A stretch of DNA of 64,000 nucleotides from Lama guanicoe (lineage: Eukaryota): assembly GCA_013239625.1 (NCBI GenBank), contig MU054323.1:15938029-16002028 (forward strand), given 5' to 3'. Below the pieces are notes generated by a model, which had not been told where the DNA came from, did not search any database, and worked only from the letters and a program-made list of their open reading frames with translations. Positions 30,425-44,290 of this stretch are shown piece by piece. Each line of letters opens with the position of its first letter. Within the stretch, counting starts at the first letter, position 1. The position numbers were made by a program, and so were the translations under genes.

Positions 30425-30817
30425 TGCTGTGGATTGAATACTGTCCTGCCAAAAGATAAGTTCAAGCCCTATGCCCTGTTACCTGTGAACATGACTTTAT
30501 TTGGAAATAAGGTCTTTTTCAGATGAAATCAAGCAAAGATTAGGTCATATTAGATTGGGGTGGACCCTAATCCAATGACTGGTATCCTTAAAATAGAAGA
30601 CTTTGAACACAGAACACACATGCAAAGGGAGAACACCATGTGACAACGGAGGCAGAGATGGGAGAGATGCATCTACAAACCGAGGGAGATCAGCGAATGC
30701 CAAGGATTGCCAGCAACCGCTAGAAACTAAGAAGGCATCGTGGCACAATTAATTTCTGTTGTTTTAAGCCACTCAGTCTATGGTAATTTACTATGGCAGC
30801 CCTAGAAAGCTAATACA
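30425..30817 (+). mobile_element. MaLR solo LTR (MLT1-type)
   Basis: TG start tgctgtggattgaat..., ttatttggaaataaggtcttt, end ...ggcagccctagaaagctaataca. Confidence 0.85.
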
Positions 30818-30866
30818 TCAGCTATGGCACAAAAAATGAAATAGCACTGCTAAAACATCCTGAGGG

Positions 30867-30868
<2 letters not shown>

Positions 30869-30904
<36 letters not shown>

Positions 30905-30909
30905 AAGGG

Positions 30910-30937
<28 letters not shown>
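30869..30937 (+). repeat. Bipartite poly(A): A33-TCCAAGGG-A28
   Basis: Read directly from the sequence. Confidence 0.95.
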
Positions 30938-30943
<6 letters not shown>

Positions 30944-31173
30944 CTATCCTTTGCCAGGGAAAAGCATTCTTTCCTTTCTCCCTGAAATATGAGGTAATGT
31001 ACATTGAAACAAGAGACAATTAATACATTTTTTTTGCAAACAGTAATTTAAATTACCCCTCGCTAAGCAATGTGAGTACACAGTGACAGAAAAAAGGCAA
31101 ACATATATATTTTAACTGACACCTAACTCTTGCCACAGTAAAACATTTAAGTAATAATTATTATAAAACTTAC

Positions 31174-31282
31174 CTCTGCACTTTTTAGAGATTTCAAAAG
31201 ATTATTTACTGTTTCTGGAAATGCACTGCCTAACATTCTCCCCATTTTTTCATAAAATGCTCCAACACAAGCCACTGCAGCC
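31174..31282 (-). CDS. HEATR5B: HEATR5B exon 4
   Basis: ttacag|G...GAG|gtaagt; 109 nt; [36 protein letters not shown]. Confidence 0.95.
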
Positions 31283-32896
31283 CTGTAAGAAGTGATACTT
31301 TCACCAGTCACTGTTCAGATTATAATTTTATCACACTTTTCCCATTTTCAGAAAGCAATTTGTATTTGTGCAGGACACTTTTGGCTACAAATTCTTAATT
31401 TTCAGCTTTCAAGAACATCTTGTTTATTCTTTATAATTATAACAAATACCATAGTTTCTCAAATTGTTCTTGCCTAGGAAAACAAGAAAATAAATATACA
31501 TATTTACATAACAAATCATACTTGTCCCTTTGGAAAACCCAAGCTTTCCTTTTATGAGGACTTCCCAAGTTATGTCAATCTACAATGATCCCTCTTTTCT
31601 CTCATTATATGTAACAATGTCAACCACTCATTTTGATAAAAATCATATTGTTTACTGTGTTGTGACCTGACCATTTTATATGTTTATATCTTATCCTGTC
31701 TTGTCAATAGAAATGTAAACTCCATGAACAGGAAAGATACCTTATGTATTTCTGTATTGCTCACAGTGCCTGACTCCTAATATATTAATAACAATAAGCA
31801 ATTACTTGTAAAATTTAATCTCAATGGCTTTAATAGGACATTTGGCTACACAGAAGAAAAAACGTAACCCACTTCTTCAGGAGGGAGGAAATCACCCTAC
31901 CATCACTCATGTGAGGCAGAGGAAGGGCATACAGGTGAAGAGTGTATCCTTTGGAGTCTGGCAGATCTGTGCCTAAACCCTAGAATGTGCCACATAATAG
32001 CTGTGTGTCCTAAGCAAGTTACTCTGAGGCTAAGAGATATCAAATAAACTGCGTTGCCCACTGTACAAGCAACAAACAGTAGAATCAGGGAATCGATCTT
32101 CACCTCTTTGATTCTAAATCCATGTTTTTTTCAATACTTTATAGGCTGACAACAAAGTTAAAAATGACTGAGGTCACATACCAGAATATATTAGAATATT
32201 CCTGAACAAAACTCATGACTCCACTGGAAATACATATGTAACAAATTTTACTTAACCAGAACTGTAAAATTATGTGTAGATTTGCTAAGTGGTAGAGAAC
32301 CAAATCACCAAAGTATTAACACAGCTTCAAATTCCAAAATAAACTGGAAAGCACTAATGTTCTCTAATCTCTTCTAAAATTTTTGAGATCTGTATCTATC
32401 CCAAACTACACAAACTTAATCATAACATATCTATGCAGTTGAAAATAGACCTAAAAAAATCAGTGTCCAGGTTCAGAATAATTTCCCCATTTCCTCTGTA
32501 AGCTGTTTTACTGGCCCTGACTGCTTGAATGGTAGTGTTCTAGAGTTGTATCCTTGGCACCTTCTTTTCTCAAGCAGTAGTATGCTCTTCCTAGGTAACT
32601 ATCCTTACCAAAGGGTTCTGCCTCTTCCCAGATCTCCATTCTCTACTCACCAAAACAACATTCTCAGCTCAGGCCTCTGAAATCCAGACCAGGATTTCCA
32701 ACTGCCTACTACACACTGTCACTTGGATACTGCCACCTGGACTCCAAATTCAGCATGGGCAGAATTGGATTCATCTTCTTCCCTTCACAACTTATTCCCT
32801 CCACTATTTTGTTATCTTTCTGTAAAGCACTGTAAATAAGGTATAAATAAGTAAGGTATAACCTCTGCTTCCAATTATAAATTTCCTTTGTCTAGA

Positions 32897-33109
32897 AAAT
32901 AGGTTGGCAAACTACAGCCTGCAGGCCAAATCTGGCTCGTGATCCTGCCTGCCACCTGTTGTTGTAAATAAAGTTTTATTGGAACACAGCCATACTCATT
33001 TATTTAAATACCACCTATGGCAGAGTTGAGTAGTTGAGACAGAGATGGATAGTCCAGTAAGCCAAAGTATTTACATTCTGGCCCTTTCCACAAAATTTGC
33101 CCACCCCTG
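32897..33109 (-). mobile_element. MER58A-like hAT-Charlie element
   Basis: ggttggcaaactacagcc...gtaaataaagttttattggaacacagcc...tttgcccacccctg. Confidence 0.85.
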
Positions 33110-33439
33110 ATCTATCACATTCATCTTCCCCTTTTCCCATCTTAACTCCTTACTTGACTTGTTTCTGTGTGTCCCTCCCGATGGTTGATCTTCCTTGGCT
33201 GACGCTTCTTTGAGAAGCCTTTGTTGACACTGCTCTCCTCTCACACCACAGCTAAGCTTACTTAGGTTATTATTTTCCCTCCCATAGCACTCCTCATGGT
33301 GCTATAACTGCTGATTTTCTTATCTGACTCCTTCACAGGATGCCTCCTTCTAGCCATTATCCTCAAGACTTGCTCTGAAAATGATTGCCCTTGACCCAGA
33401 CCACAAGTATGAGCCTGGAGTTCAGTTACGCCCTTTAAC

Positions 33440-33618
33440 GAGGGGGTCAGCAAACTTGGAGGCAAAATGGTCTGTCTTAGGTACTCAACTCTGCCATTTT
33501 GGGGTGAGAAAACAGCTACCACTTAAATGAAGGAGCATGTCTGTATTCTAATAAAACTTTATTTATAAAAGAAGTGGTAAGCTGGATTTGGCCTGTGGGC
33601 CAAATTTACCCATTCCTG
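33440..33618 (+). mobile_element. MER58A-like element, opposite orientation to the previous copy
   Basis: ggggtcagcaaact...tactcaactctgcc...aataaaactttatttat...ggatttggcctgtgggcc. Confidence 0.75.
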
Positions 33619-33885
33619 TGTCAATCTTATCACCTAGAAATTCTTTATTTTTCTTTCTATCCCAGCCAAGAATACTATCTTCACCCAAAATTACCAAAAA
33701 CTCCTGTGCAAATTGCTGACAACATAACCAGTTCTCTGTAGTTTGCTGAAAGTTCCAGTGGCAATGGAGCGTATGTTGAAATAGAACCCTTTGCCCAGAC
33801 CTACTTGGAGCTTTTACTGTCACCAGCATGCCTCAGGTTCCACCTACCTGAGGATCAGCAGTCCCTTATTAAGATAAATTTACTT

Positions 33886-34020
33886 GGGGTGGGAAGGGTA
33901 TAGCTCAGTGGTACAGTGCATGCTTAGAATGCACAAGGTCCTGGGTTCAATCCCCAGTACCTCTATTAAAACAAACAAACAAATAAATAAACCTAATTAC
34001 CTCCCCCTCCCCCTCAAAAA
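33886..34020 (+). mobile_element. tRNA-Ala-derived SINE (Vic-1-like)
   Basis: GGGTATAGCTCAGTGG...GGTTCAATCCCCAGTACCTC head followed by A-rich AAACCTAATTACCTCCCC tail. Confidence 0.9.
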
Positions 34021-34122
34021 TCCTGAGCTTTGTTTAAACTAAATAAATAATTTTTTCTGAAAACATAAGATACTTTGAAAAAACAAACAAATTTCAAGGG
34101 TTAATCTCAAAGTAAGTACTCA

Positions 34123-34338
<216 letters not shown>

Positions 34339-34822
34339 TTAGAAAAAGATAAAGAACATCATCAGTTTCTTACATATATATACTTTTGTTACCTTTCAGT
34401 CAGAATTAAAAAATACTTAACAGTTAATGCACTCTAATCATTAAAATCTATATTACATTAGGCATAAAACCATAAAAAAGAATTTTCAAGATAAAGAAGA
34501 GTTCAGTAAGAAATCAATCATTCTTTCTTGGATTATTCTCCTTCATCCCCCTCCAGTTCCACAAAGTTAGCTACCATTAAAACTGACCACTCTAGATCCA
34601 AAAAATTTCCACACCAACTTACTAAGAAAGAAACCAATAGTCAAAGGATGTAAAATATTGAGTGTATGGACAATTGATGTCTTAGAACCCAGACACAGGC
34701 TCCTCTATAAAGGCAAAGTCAGTAGCTCATAAAGTTGTAAGTCAGTAAAGGAAACCAAGAGACTCTGAAGAGCTCTAGGCAACAGAAAAAAATATTCAGA
34801 TGTATTCATAATCAATACTGAG

Positions 34823-36215
34823 AATTCATTCATTCATTCATGAAATACTTATTGTGCACTTAACGTACCATGCACAATTCCAGGCACTAGAGTGAACTCA
34901 ATAGACAAGGTCTCTGCCCTCATAAAGTTTACATTCTAGTGGAGAGAAAAAGGGTTTACCAAATAAACAAATGAATAGTGTGGGTTCTTACTGTTTTATA
35001 TGGATTAGTAAGCAAAGAAGTAAAGATGTGAGTTATACAGATATCTGGGAGAACATTTCGGGCAGGAAACAAGTGCAAAGGCCTTGAGGTGGGAGCATGC
35101 TTGACATTCCTGAGGACAGCAAGAAGCCAGTGTGGCTGGAGCAGAGTAAGACAGAGGAAGTAGCAGGAGATGAAGTCAGAATGGTAGCAGGGACCAGGTC
35201 TTGCAGGTCTTACACACCATTGTAAGGACTTCATATTTTATTCTGAGTGAGAGTTTGCAGCAAAGGAGGAACATGTCCTTCCTTTTTTATGTTTTTCTAT
35301 TTTAAATGTTTTAAAAGTCTCACTCTGCCTACTGAGCTAAGGATACTCTACAAGGTACATGGCTGGAAACATGGTGAGCACATAAGAAGCTGTGGCAATA
35401 ATATAATGAGAGATGAGGGTGGAACAACAGAGATAATGAGAAGTAACTGAGTTCTGGATATATTTAGGGGGTAGAACCAATATCATTTACTGATAAATAT
35501 GATGTTTAGCTAGAGAAAAAGGGGGACGTGAAGAATGATTTTACAGTTTACGATCTGAGCAACCAGAAGGATGAAATGGTCACTTTCTGAGAGAGAAAGC
35601 ACTAGGGAAAGGACAGGTTTGGGAGGGTGAAATCAAGAATTGGGTTTTAAATACACTAATTTGGGGATATCATTTAGATAACCAAGAGAAAGAGGTGGAG
35701 TAAGTAGGTGGATATCTGGGAGTCATCACTCTACAGATGGTAGTAAAAATCATGAGATTAGATGGTATCACTGAAGGAATAAGATGTATTAAAAAAAAAA
35801 AAAAGAGTGCCTAGGACTGAGAGACACCCAGCAAGAGAGAATGTGGAGAACTAGTGAAGTAAGAGAAGGACTGGAAGCAAATAGTGTGTTGGGAACCACA
35901 AATAGGAAAAACGTCACACCAACTGTGCATTAACAGTAATAACAATGTGTTTAATTTGGGTGGGGAGGGTATACAGATGTTCATATTATTGTGCTTCATA
36001 ATTTGGATATACTTTCTATATACTCTCTTGTCTTTCTCTGTTTCACCACAAAATCAAAAATATTTCAAATGCTTCAAGATAGAGGATCAGTTATGTCAAA
36101 AGCTGCTGAAGGGTCAATTAAGACAGAATACTGACCATTGGTTTGGGCAATACAAGATCTGTTTCAGTGGAATGGAGGCAACAAATACTCAGCTGGAATG
36201 GGTTTAAGAGAAAAT
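34823..36215 (-). mobile_element. L2 LINE remnant
   Basis: (TTCA)n 3' end followed by tttattg...aagtgcaaaggccttgagg...gccagtgtggctggagcagag; similar L2 remnants near 17.2-17.7, 38.8-39.1, 40.8-41.4 and 63.7-64.0 kb. Confidence 0.8.
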
Positions 36216-37312
36216 AGAAACTTTCAGTTAAAAACTGTAAATAAATCCATGCACTGACTCTGTCTCTCTAGAAACTAAAAGTATACTAAAGGGCAACCAA
36301 AACAAATGCACAAATACACAAGGGCAAAGAAAATTCAAAAAGAATCAGTGCAAAATAAAAAAGAATCAGTGCAAAATATAGAAGCCAGGTATTCCCAATA
36401 CAGAAAGCTCAGCAGAGATGCAACTTCCAACACAGAACCCCCTAAAAGCTCATGTTTGTTTGTTGTTGTTGCTGCTTTGAGGCCCTAAATGCTTACAGTG
36501 GAGAGAGTAAAGTTGTGCCTAGAAATGGAAGGAATGCTTGAGAAGAAGCTTTAAGACTTTTCTTAAGTTTAAGAAGCTGTAAGATTCCTTATCTCTCTCC
36601 TCCACTCTGGACTTCGTGAACTCAGGCACAGCTGTGGGCTGGGAAAACCGCACTAAAAACAGGGAGATTGAGTAAAAGTTTACACACTGAATGTTGAAGT
36701 CTCCAGCCTTCTCCCTCAAATCCTTGAACTTAGGCAGCTAGTCGTATATCGCTAAGACACTAGAGTATAAAAATCTCTTCTGGGGAATGACTAGTCAAGA
36801 GAAATCTAAAAGGGGTTCCTCAAAGAACTGGATTAGTCTACGGCGAAGCATAGACAAGCTCCCCTTACCCAGAAAACTTTTTACTACGCACTCTCAGATT
36901 TGAGCAGGAAATTTAATGTTAACTTGAGGAAAGCATCTAATTTTAAAGACAGAAAATAAAACGCATAAATAATGAAAAGTAACTTAGGTGAAAAGACTTA
37001 AAGAAAAAAGCCTGGTATTAACTCTTCAGAGAGGTAAGTGGAGATATTGGGACTGCTACACAGCACTGAGGGACCACTTGATGTTGAAGATAATGAATTT
37101 AAAGTGACAGTCATGTTTTTCTCCACTCACACTTAAACGGGGTGTGAGTTTTGCCACAGGATAGAAAAAGGACAGGTAAGAAATTCTTATTACAGCACAA
37201 TATTCTCAGGTTCCATAAGTGACCCACAACGTTTCCAAAACATAATGTGTTTTCTTATAAATCGTAAACACATAATACTCTATATAACGTTAACCCAACT
37301 AGAAAAAAATCA

Positions 37313-37486
<174 letters not shown>

Positions 37487-38281
37487 TTAAAATACCTGTA
37501 AGGACTTATTAATGTTAAAAGTCAAGATTAATGAATGTAATCACTATGAAAAGGCTTTACTTCTCATTTCATTTGGAGGAAACTAACTTCTTTGAGGCAA
37601 AACCTGAGAACCTAATTTTAAAGGATAAGGGTACAAACAAACAAAAGAAAAGTCATGCGTCGTGAGGAAGAACGAACAATGGAGTCAGGCGAAAATTAAA
37701 ATAAATATTGCAAATAAGGCATTATTCTGGAAGAAATATACCTAGCAAAACACATAACATTGACCCATTCCATGAATGGGAAACCTGAAGCACCAAGATC
37801 AAACACCATCTGGGCCTGACAACCATCCTCCTTTTTTCTCGCCCCCTGCTCAGTGCACAGCACCCTTCACCTTCCCCCTGCATCTGTCCCAGGAGGACGT
37901 CAAAACGCCCCAGCAGAAAGGCCCCACTGAAAGTCTGCAGGAGTCTTTCTACAGGGATGGTGTGGCAGCGGCCGAGGGTTCACTGGCAACCCCGGGCGGT
38001 CCAGGAACGCAGCTGGCGGACGCCACGCGCCGCAGGGTTGACTTAACCCCGAGATTCCGAGGACGCCAGCGCAGCGCCAGGCCTAGGGGAAGCCTAACAG
38101 GCCGCCCCAGGCCTCGGCCGGGTCACCGGGGCTGCCAACCCCATGAGGCGGCGGCTGAAAGAGGAAAATGTTCATTACGAACTCGAATTCCATCCCCCAG
38201 CACTCAGACAGCAACGGGGTGACTAGAGTGTGTGTGTGCCTGTCAACGCGCATCTTTCGCAGGTGGAGGGGGCGGCCTCAC

Positions 38282-38390
38282 CTCCTAGTCAGGCAGAGCG
38301 GATCAGCTGAGCTCCGGGGCCGAAGCAGCCGCCGAGGGACCCGGATGCCCCGCCTCCCGCCCTCCTGCAGGCAGGAAGCGGGGGAAGAGC
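38282..38390 (-). other. HEATR5B: HEATR5B non-coding exon 1 (5' boundary approximate)
   Basis: Strong donor GAG|GTGAGG at 38282/38281 inside the CpG island; no ATG; pyrimidine initiator-like CTCTTCCCC at 38389-38381. Confidence 0.7.
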
Positions 38391-38529
38391 GCGTGCGCGG
38401 AAGGCTGATCCGCGCAAGCGCTCTAACCACGTCCTGCTCGCCCCGCCTGCCGCAGGTTTCCAATTGATTCTGTTCGCGGAAACTCAGGTAGGAACCCTGA
38501 CCCAGAGATCCTGCGCAGGTTGGTGGGCG

Positions 38530-38581
38530 CATGCGCCGCGAGCGCTCTTGCGAGCCGGCCGGGAGCGAGTGGAGCTGCCAG
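38530..38581 (+). other. GPATCH11: GPATCH11 exon 1 (5' UTR; start approximate)
   Basis: Consensus donor CAG|GTAAGG at 38581/38582 in the CpG island. Confidence 0.75.
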
Positions 38582-39727
38582 GTAAGGGGTTATGGGCGCC
38601 TGAGAGAACGATGAATGGCGATGATCTGTGCACTGGCTGTGACTACCCGTCACACCATTACCCATGCTCCCACCCGTGAGTGGTCGCGTCTGTTGAACGC
38701 TTGCAACTGGGAGGAATACGGGAGGGGAGGGATGAGCCGTCCCTATCGGGAGTGTTTGGGACTGAGGCATTTCTTCGTAACTTTGCTCCTTAGTACCTCT
38801 CTCCACTTGGATGTGTAATGACATTCTCAATATATGTGAAGCAGCTCTCTTGTCGCCTCCCTGCCAGCTCTCTGCCTTTTAAAAAAGCAAACCTGTGCTA
38901 CAATCTAACCATTCTCAAAAACTGGTAACTCCATTCTTCCAGGTATTCAGACCAAAAGCCTTGAAGTAATTTTTGACATCGATTTCACACCACCTCCAAT
39001 CCATCAGCAATCTTGTTACCTCTATTTTAAGAATATACACAGAATCTGATCACTTCTCACCACTTTCACTGCTGTCACTGGTCCAAGCCACCGTCATCTC
39101 TGCCTGGATTATTGCCTTATGAAGTTTATTGTTATGCTTGATGGGAATAGATGGTGCTAAAGTACATTGTAACCATAAAAAAAGGAGATTTAGAAAGACC
39201 TGTAATCCCCATTCCGTTATTCCTAGCACTTTAGAGCTAAATGTGTCCCGTAAAAGTAATCTAATCCTATTTGCAGTAGAAAGAGCTCTAAGACGTGGAT
39301 TTTTTGTGGTATTGAGCAAGTCATTTAGCCATAGTGAGTCTTAATTTCTCCAACTGGAAAGCAGGACTAACTATTCCTACCTTACAGAGTTGTTAATGAT
39401 AATTAAATGGAATAAAAATGTGTGATATACTAGGTAGGTGCTAAACCATTATGGTTAAAAATACTGTTATTACAAATGGAGAATCCAGGTTTGTAGACAC
39501 TAGGTGAATTACCAAAATGCTGTATATAATCTTTAACACTTTTAACTTAATTGTATTATAATAAAAATAAAAGTAGGCAAAACTAAATTGTAATGTTTAA
39601 GGATGCATGTGTGGATGGTGAAACTATACATAAAAGGAAGGAAGTGACTGGAAGGGTTGTGATAGGGTAGGGAACAAAGAGGGCTTATGCGTGGCTGATA
39701 AGGTTCTATCTCCTAATATGGGTGCTG

Positions 39728-40150
39728 ATTTCTATTATCTGATGCTGTATAACAAATTAATCCAAAACTTAGCAGCTTGAAATAACTATAATCATTTATG
39801 CTGTCACAGTTTCTGTGGGTTGAGAAATAGTGGTTTGGCTTAGCTTGGAATTTAAGGAATTGTAGGGAAGATGCTAGCCCAGGCTGAGTCATCTGAAGGC
39901 TTGACTGGGGCTAGAGGATCCATTTCCAAGGTGACTTACTCATGTCACTCCCAAGTTTGTGCTGGTTGTCAACAGGAGGCCTCAGTTCCTCCTGTGTAGA
40001 CCTCTCCACAGAGCTGCTTAAATATTCTCACTGCGTAACAGCTAACTTCCTTCAGAGTTCAAGGGATCTAACTAAGAGCTGTAGTGTCTCTTATGACCAA
40101 GAAGTCACACTCCACTATTTCCACAATATCCTGTTGGTTACACAGGTCCA
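39728..40150 (-). mobile_element. MaLR LTR (MLT1-type)
   Basis: gctgtataacaaatta.tccaaaacttagcagcttgaaataac...catctgaaggcttgactggggct. Confidence 0.75.
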
Positions 40151-40504
40151 CTCTGGGTTCATTCTGCAGAACAGGATCTCTTCGTATGGCCGAGAAGATG
40201 GGCTCCCACAGCCCATCTTCACATACTTCCAGTTCAGAAACCCCAGCAAAGAGAGCTTCTTTCCCCAACAACTTATATATTTGTATCTTATAGGGAAAAA
40301 GATGTTTATCCTCCCTGATAGGTCACCCCCTCTCCTCTTGCTAGGGTATAGGTCACTCTAATTGGCCATCTTGTACCCAAGGGTGTACTAAGATTGCCAC
40401 CTTCCACAAGGAGGGCAGAGGGCTGGGTTTCCAAAGGGAAGGATGACAACCAGGCAAAAACAGCATACGCGCACTGCAACAAGTGACTCCCCTTTCGTAT
40501 CCTG

Positions 40505-40640
40505 TAACTGGACCCACAGCGTTGACATCACCTGGGAGCCTGTTAGAAACACAGAACCTCGGGCTCTGGCTCAGAATCTGACTCCACATTTTAAGATCCT
40601 GGGGCAATTCATATACAAAATAAAGTTTGAGCTGCACTCT
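40505..40640. mobile_element. MER5A-like hAT element
   Basis: catcacctgggagcctgttagaaa...cattttaagatcc...aaagtttgag. Confidence 0.7.
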
Positions 40641-41455
40641 TCTGGATAATTATTTTACCCCTTTAACCCTTTTAGGGCTAACAATTACATGATTTTAACT
40701 ATTTAGGTTGGAAACTGTCCTCAAAAAAATGTTTCCATATAAGTGAAGTGTTGACTACATCAAGTTCCAAATGAACAGCTTGAACATGAAATGCTGCAGA
40801 TAGAGGCCTGGAGTGGTCAGGACAGGTTTTTGTGAAGGAAGGTAGCCCAGGCCTAGAAGGAAGGAACTGTCCATGGTGTGTTCAGAGGGCAAGGAGGAGC
40901 CCATGTGGCATGAATAATAAATCCTAATAAAGAGCCAGAGATCAGATCATGAAGGCTCTCCTGCCGTGTTAAAGTGATGATTCCTCCACTGCCCACAGGG
41001 TAAAGTTTATTGAAGGATTTGAAACAGACAACTAAGATGGCCTGACTTAGGTTTTTAAAAAGTCACTCTGGAGAACTTGCAGAGGATGGGCTGGAAGAGG
41101 AGAGGCCAAAGGCAATGAGACCAATTAGGAAGTAGGTGTAATAGTTCAGGTGAGAAAGGAGTGCCTAAACTAAAGCAGTGGTCACAGCTGTGGGGAAAAT
41201 GCCTATGAGGGATATTATGGAGGAATGGTTAGCAGGGGTTTATAAGAGGTCAGGAAAGGGGAGAAAGCAGGGGCACTAATTTGAAAATAAAAAGGATGAA
41301 GGAGGTTGTGGGGGAGGAGATGAGTTATTTGGATTGTTCAGTTTGAGAGCACCACCCAGAAAGATGTCAAAAGTGCACCTGAATGTGGAGTAGAGCTCTG
41401 GAGAAAGGTCATAGCTGGGGATACATGCACATTTATTTCCATTTTGGTAAACTGA

Positions 41456-41566
<111 letters not shown>

Positions 41567-42094
41567 TAAGTAACTGTGCACACCTCATGTAATGATGTGT
41601 TTGAGACATCAGTGTAGATTTTTAAACAATGACATTGATTCCAAAGGTGAGGTTGGAAAGTTAGTCTTTTTGCTTTATGGCAACACTTCCTACATTTTAT
41701 AATACAAAGATACTAGAAGCCTCTTCCCTTTTAACGCTTAGTGTTTAACTCCTGCCCTTGAGTCTTTTTATTCCCCTCTTCCAAGGAAATTTACTGTTTT
41801 CTTTCATCTTATGGTCTCTTCTTCTACTGTCAGCTTTGCCCTTTATTCTTGCCAGCCTCCTGGAAAAATTGGTCTAAATTTACTATTACTGATTTCTTCA
41901 ACTCTATATTTTCTATAGTTTCCTACAATCTGGCACCAGCCTTCATCACTTTCACTAAGACAGCCGTTCTCAGAGGTCACTGGTTGTGTTCTGTTGTTGA
42001 TGATAGCAAAGAGGATTCCAGAGGTAGCACTGAAATATTTAGTGTCAAGCGAGTAAGTGGCAAAGTTAGGAGAAACTTTCACGTACTCGTCTAA

Positions 42095-42379
<285 letters not shown>

Positions 42380-42958
42380 TAACCACCAGATGCTTAGGTG
42401 ACAAGTACCAGCGATGACTCTTTAATTTTTGTCCCCCTACCCAGAAATTAAGACAACTTAAGCTTCCTAGTTCCTTACATGCTGGCAAGCTTATGGAGAT
42501 CTTCATCTCCCCACAGCCACTTAGGTAGCCACGTGCCATCAAGAGCTGCTTATCAGAGCAGCTCAGGCTTGAAGGCACTAACCAGTGAGATGAACGAGGC
42601 TTAAAATGGAGGCAACAACTAGGAGCAGTGGCAGAAGGGTGAAGAAGTACAGTGGCCAAAGGACAGGGATGCAACATTGGAGATGATGGCAGGACTCTGC
42701 CGTGCTTGCTCTGTGCCTGTGGCAGCTGCCTGAGTAACCACTCAGTTGGAGAAGCTCAGAGCTCACCTCTCTTTTAGGAATGAGACTGCTTATTCAGAGA
42801 TAGAGGCCACCTCTGTAGTAGCTTCTGTAAGCTGTTTCTCTCTTCTCTCCTTCATTGCCGTTGCTTTGATCTTCACCTAGCAAGGCCTTGCTCTCTCTTG
42901 AGGCTGCCACCCTCTTGAATACGTATCAGTGTTTTCATTTCTTTAAAACCCTACCTTC

Positions 42959-43004
42959 GGAACACAACACTGTAAATCAACTATACTTCAATGAAAAGAT
43001 AAAG
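42959..43004 (+). mobile_element. 46-bp 5'-truncated L1 tail with TSD
   Basis: acacaacactgtaaatcaactatacttcaat plus A-rich tail between perfect 13-bp TSDs aaaccctaccttc (42946-42958, 43005-43017). Confidence 0.85.
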
Positions 43005-43226
43005 AAACCCTACCTTCAGTTGCAGAGGAGGCTATGGACCAGGACTAGGTATTTGAAGGCAAGGGAGGTAGTTGATTATATAGAGTATTAATGTTCAGAT
43101 TTCAGTTTTGAATACCAGTGAAACTGGAGGGGATATGTATGGAACATTGTAAGGCTGCATACTGCACTTACCTATAGTTTGAGGAAGAATTTCTAAAGTC
43201 ATTTGTGTTTTGTTCTCTTTTTTTAG

Positions 43227-43268
43227 GAGATGGTATTGTTGAACCAATTCCCCTCAATGTCAAAACAG
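43227..43268 (+). CDS. GPATCH11: GPATCH11 exon 4
   Basis: ttttag|GA...G|gtacat; 42 nt; DGIVEPIPLNVKT. Confidence 0.94.
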
Positions 43269-43902
43269 GTACATAATTATTTTTGAGGCTGTCTACCAGG
43301 AATAATAACTTATGTTTAAATCTAGCACATATATTTGTTTAATAAGTACTTTTTTATGGTAGTACTATTACAGTTCTAATCATAAGACCCCCCCTCAGTA
43401 CAATGTTTCTTAGCTAAAGTTCTAAGCCGTTTCAAATAAAAGTAAAAGTAAGCTCTAATGAGTATAAAATAAAATTTAAATCATAAAAATACAGAGAAAG
43501 AGTTGTAATCATTAAAAACACAAGGATATTTTTGTCCATTGAATGTCTTAAAAGTATTCTGAGACAGATTTATCCATTAAATATTTCTCTTAATACTGTG
43601 GACAAGTTAAAGAGAAAATACATATATTTTATATGTCCATCATATTTATATGAAAATGTGACAGTTGATACTGTTTTCTCAATTTGAAAAAAAATGTGTA
43701 TAGTATTACCATCTTATTAGATCAAACTAATGATCTTTGAAAAATTCACATTGTGTGTTTTGGTTAAAAAAAATCTCTAATGTTTTCTCCTATCCTCATC
43801 AAATGACTTTGAGTGATTGTACTCAAATTAGAATTGCATTTAATTTGTAAATATTTTGTTTGAAGTAAGTCAGTAAGTTTCTCATCAGTGTTTTCCGTCT
43901 GA

Positions 43903-44290
<388 letters not shown>

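Larger units (their letters stand above)
37880..38780. promoter_or_regulatory. CpG island / bidirectional promoter of HEATR5B and GPATCH11
   Basis: The only GC- and CpG-rich segment in the window; divergent first-exon donors at 38281 (-) and 38582 (+); NRF1-type GCGCATGCGC (38527-38536) and GCGCGTGCGC (38389-38398), ETS-like CAGGAAG (38372-38378), GC boxes, CCAAT (38460-38464). Confidence 0.9.

Noticed and set aside
37776..38830. Several 67-148 aa ORFs on both strands over the CpG island
   Set aside because: Expected stop-codon depletion in GC-rich promoter DNA; Pro/Arg/Gly-rich translations with no recognisable domain.
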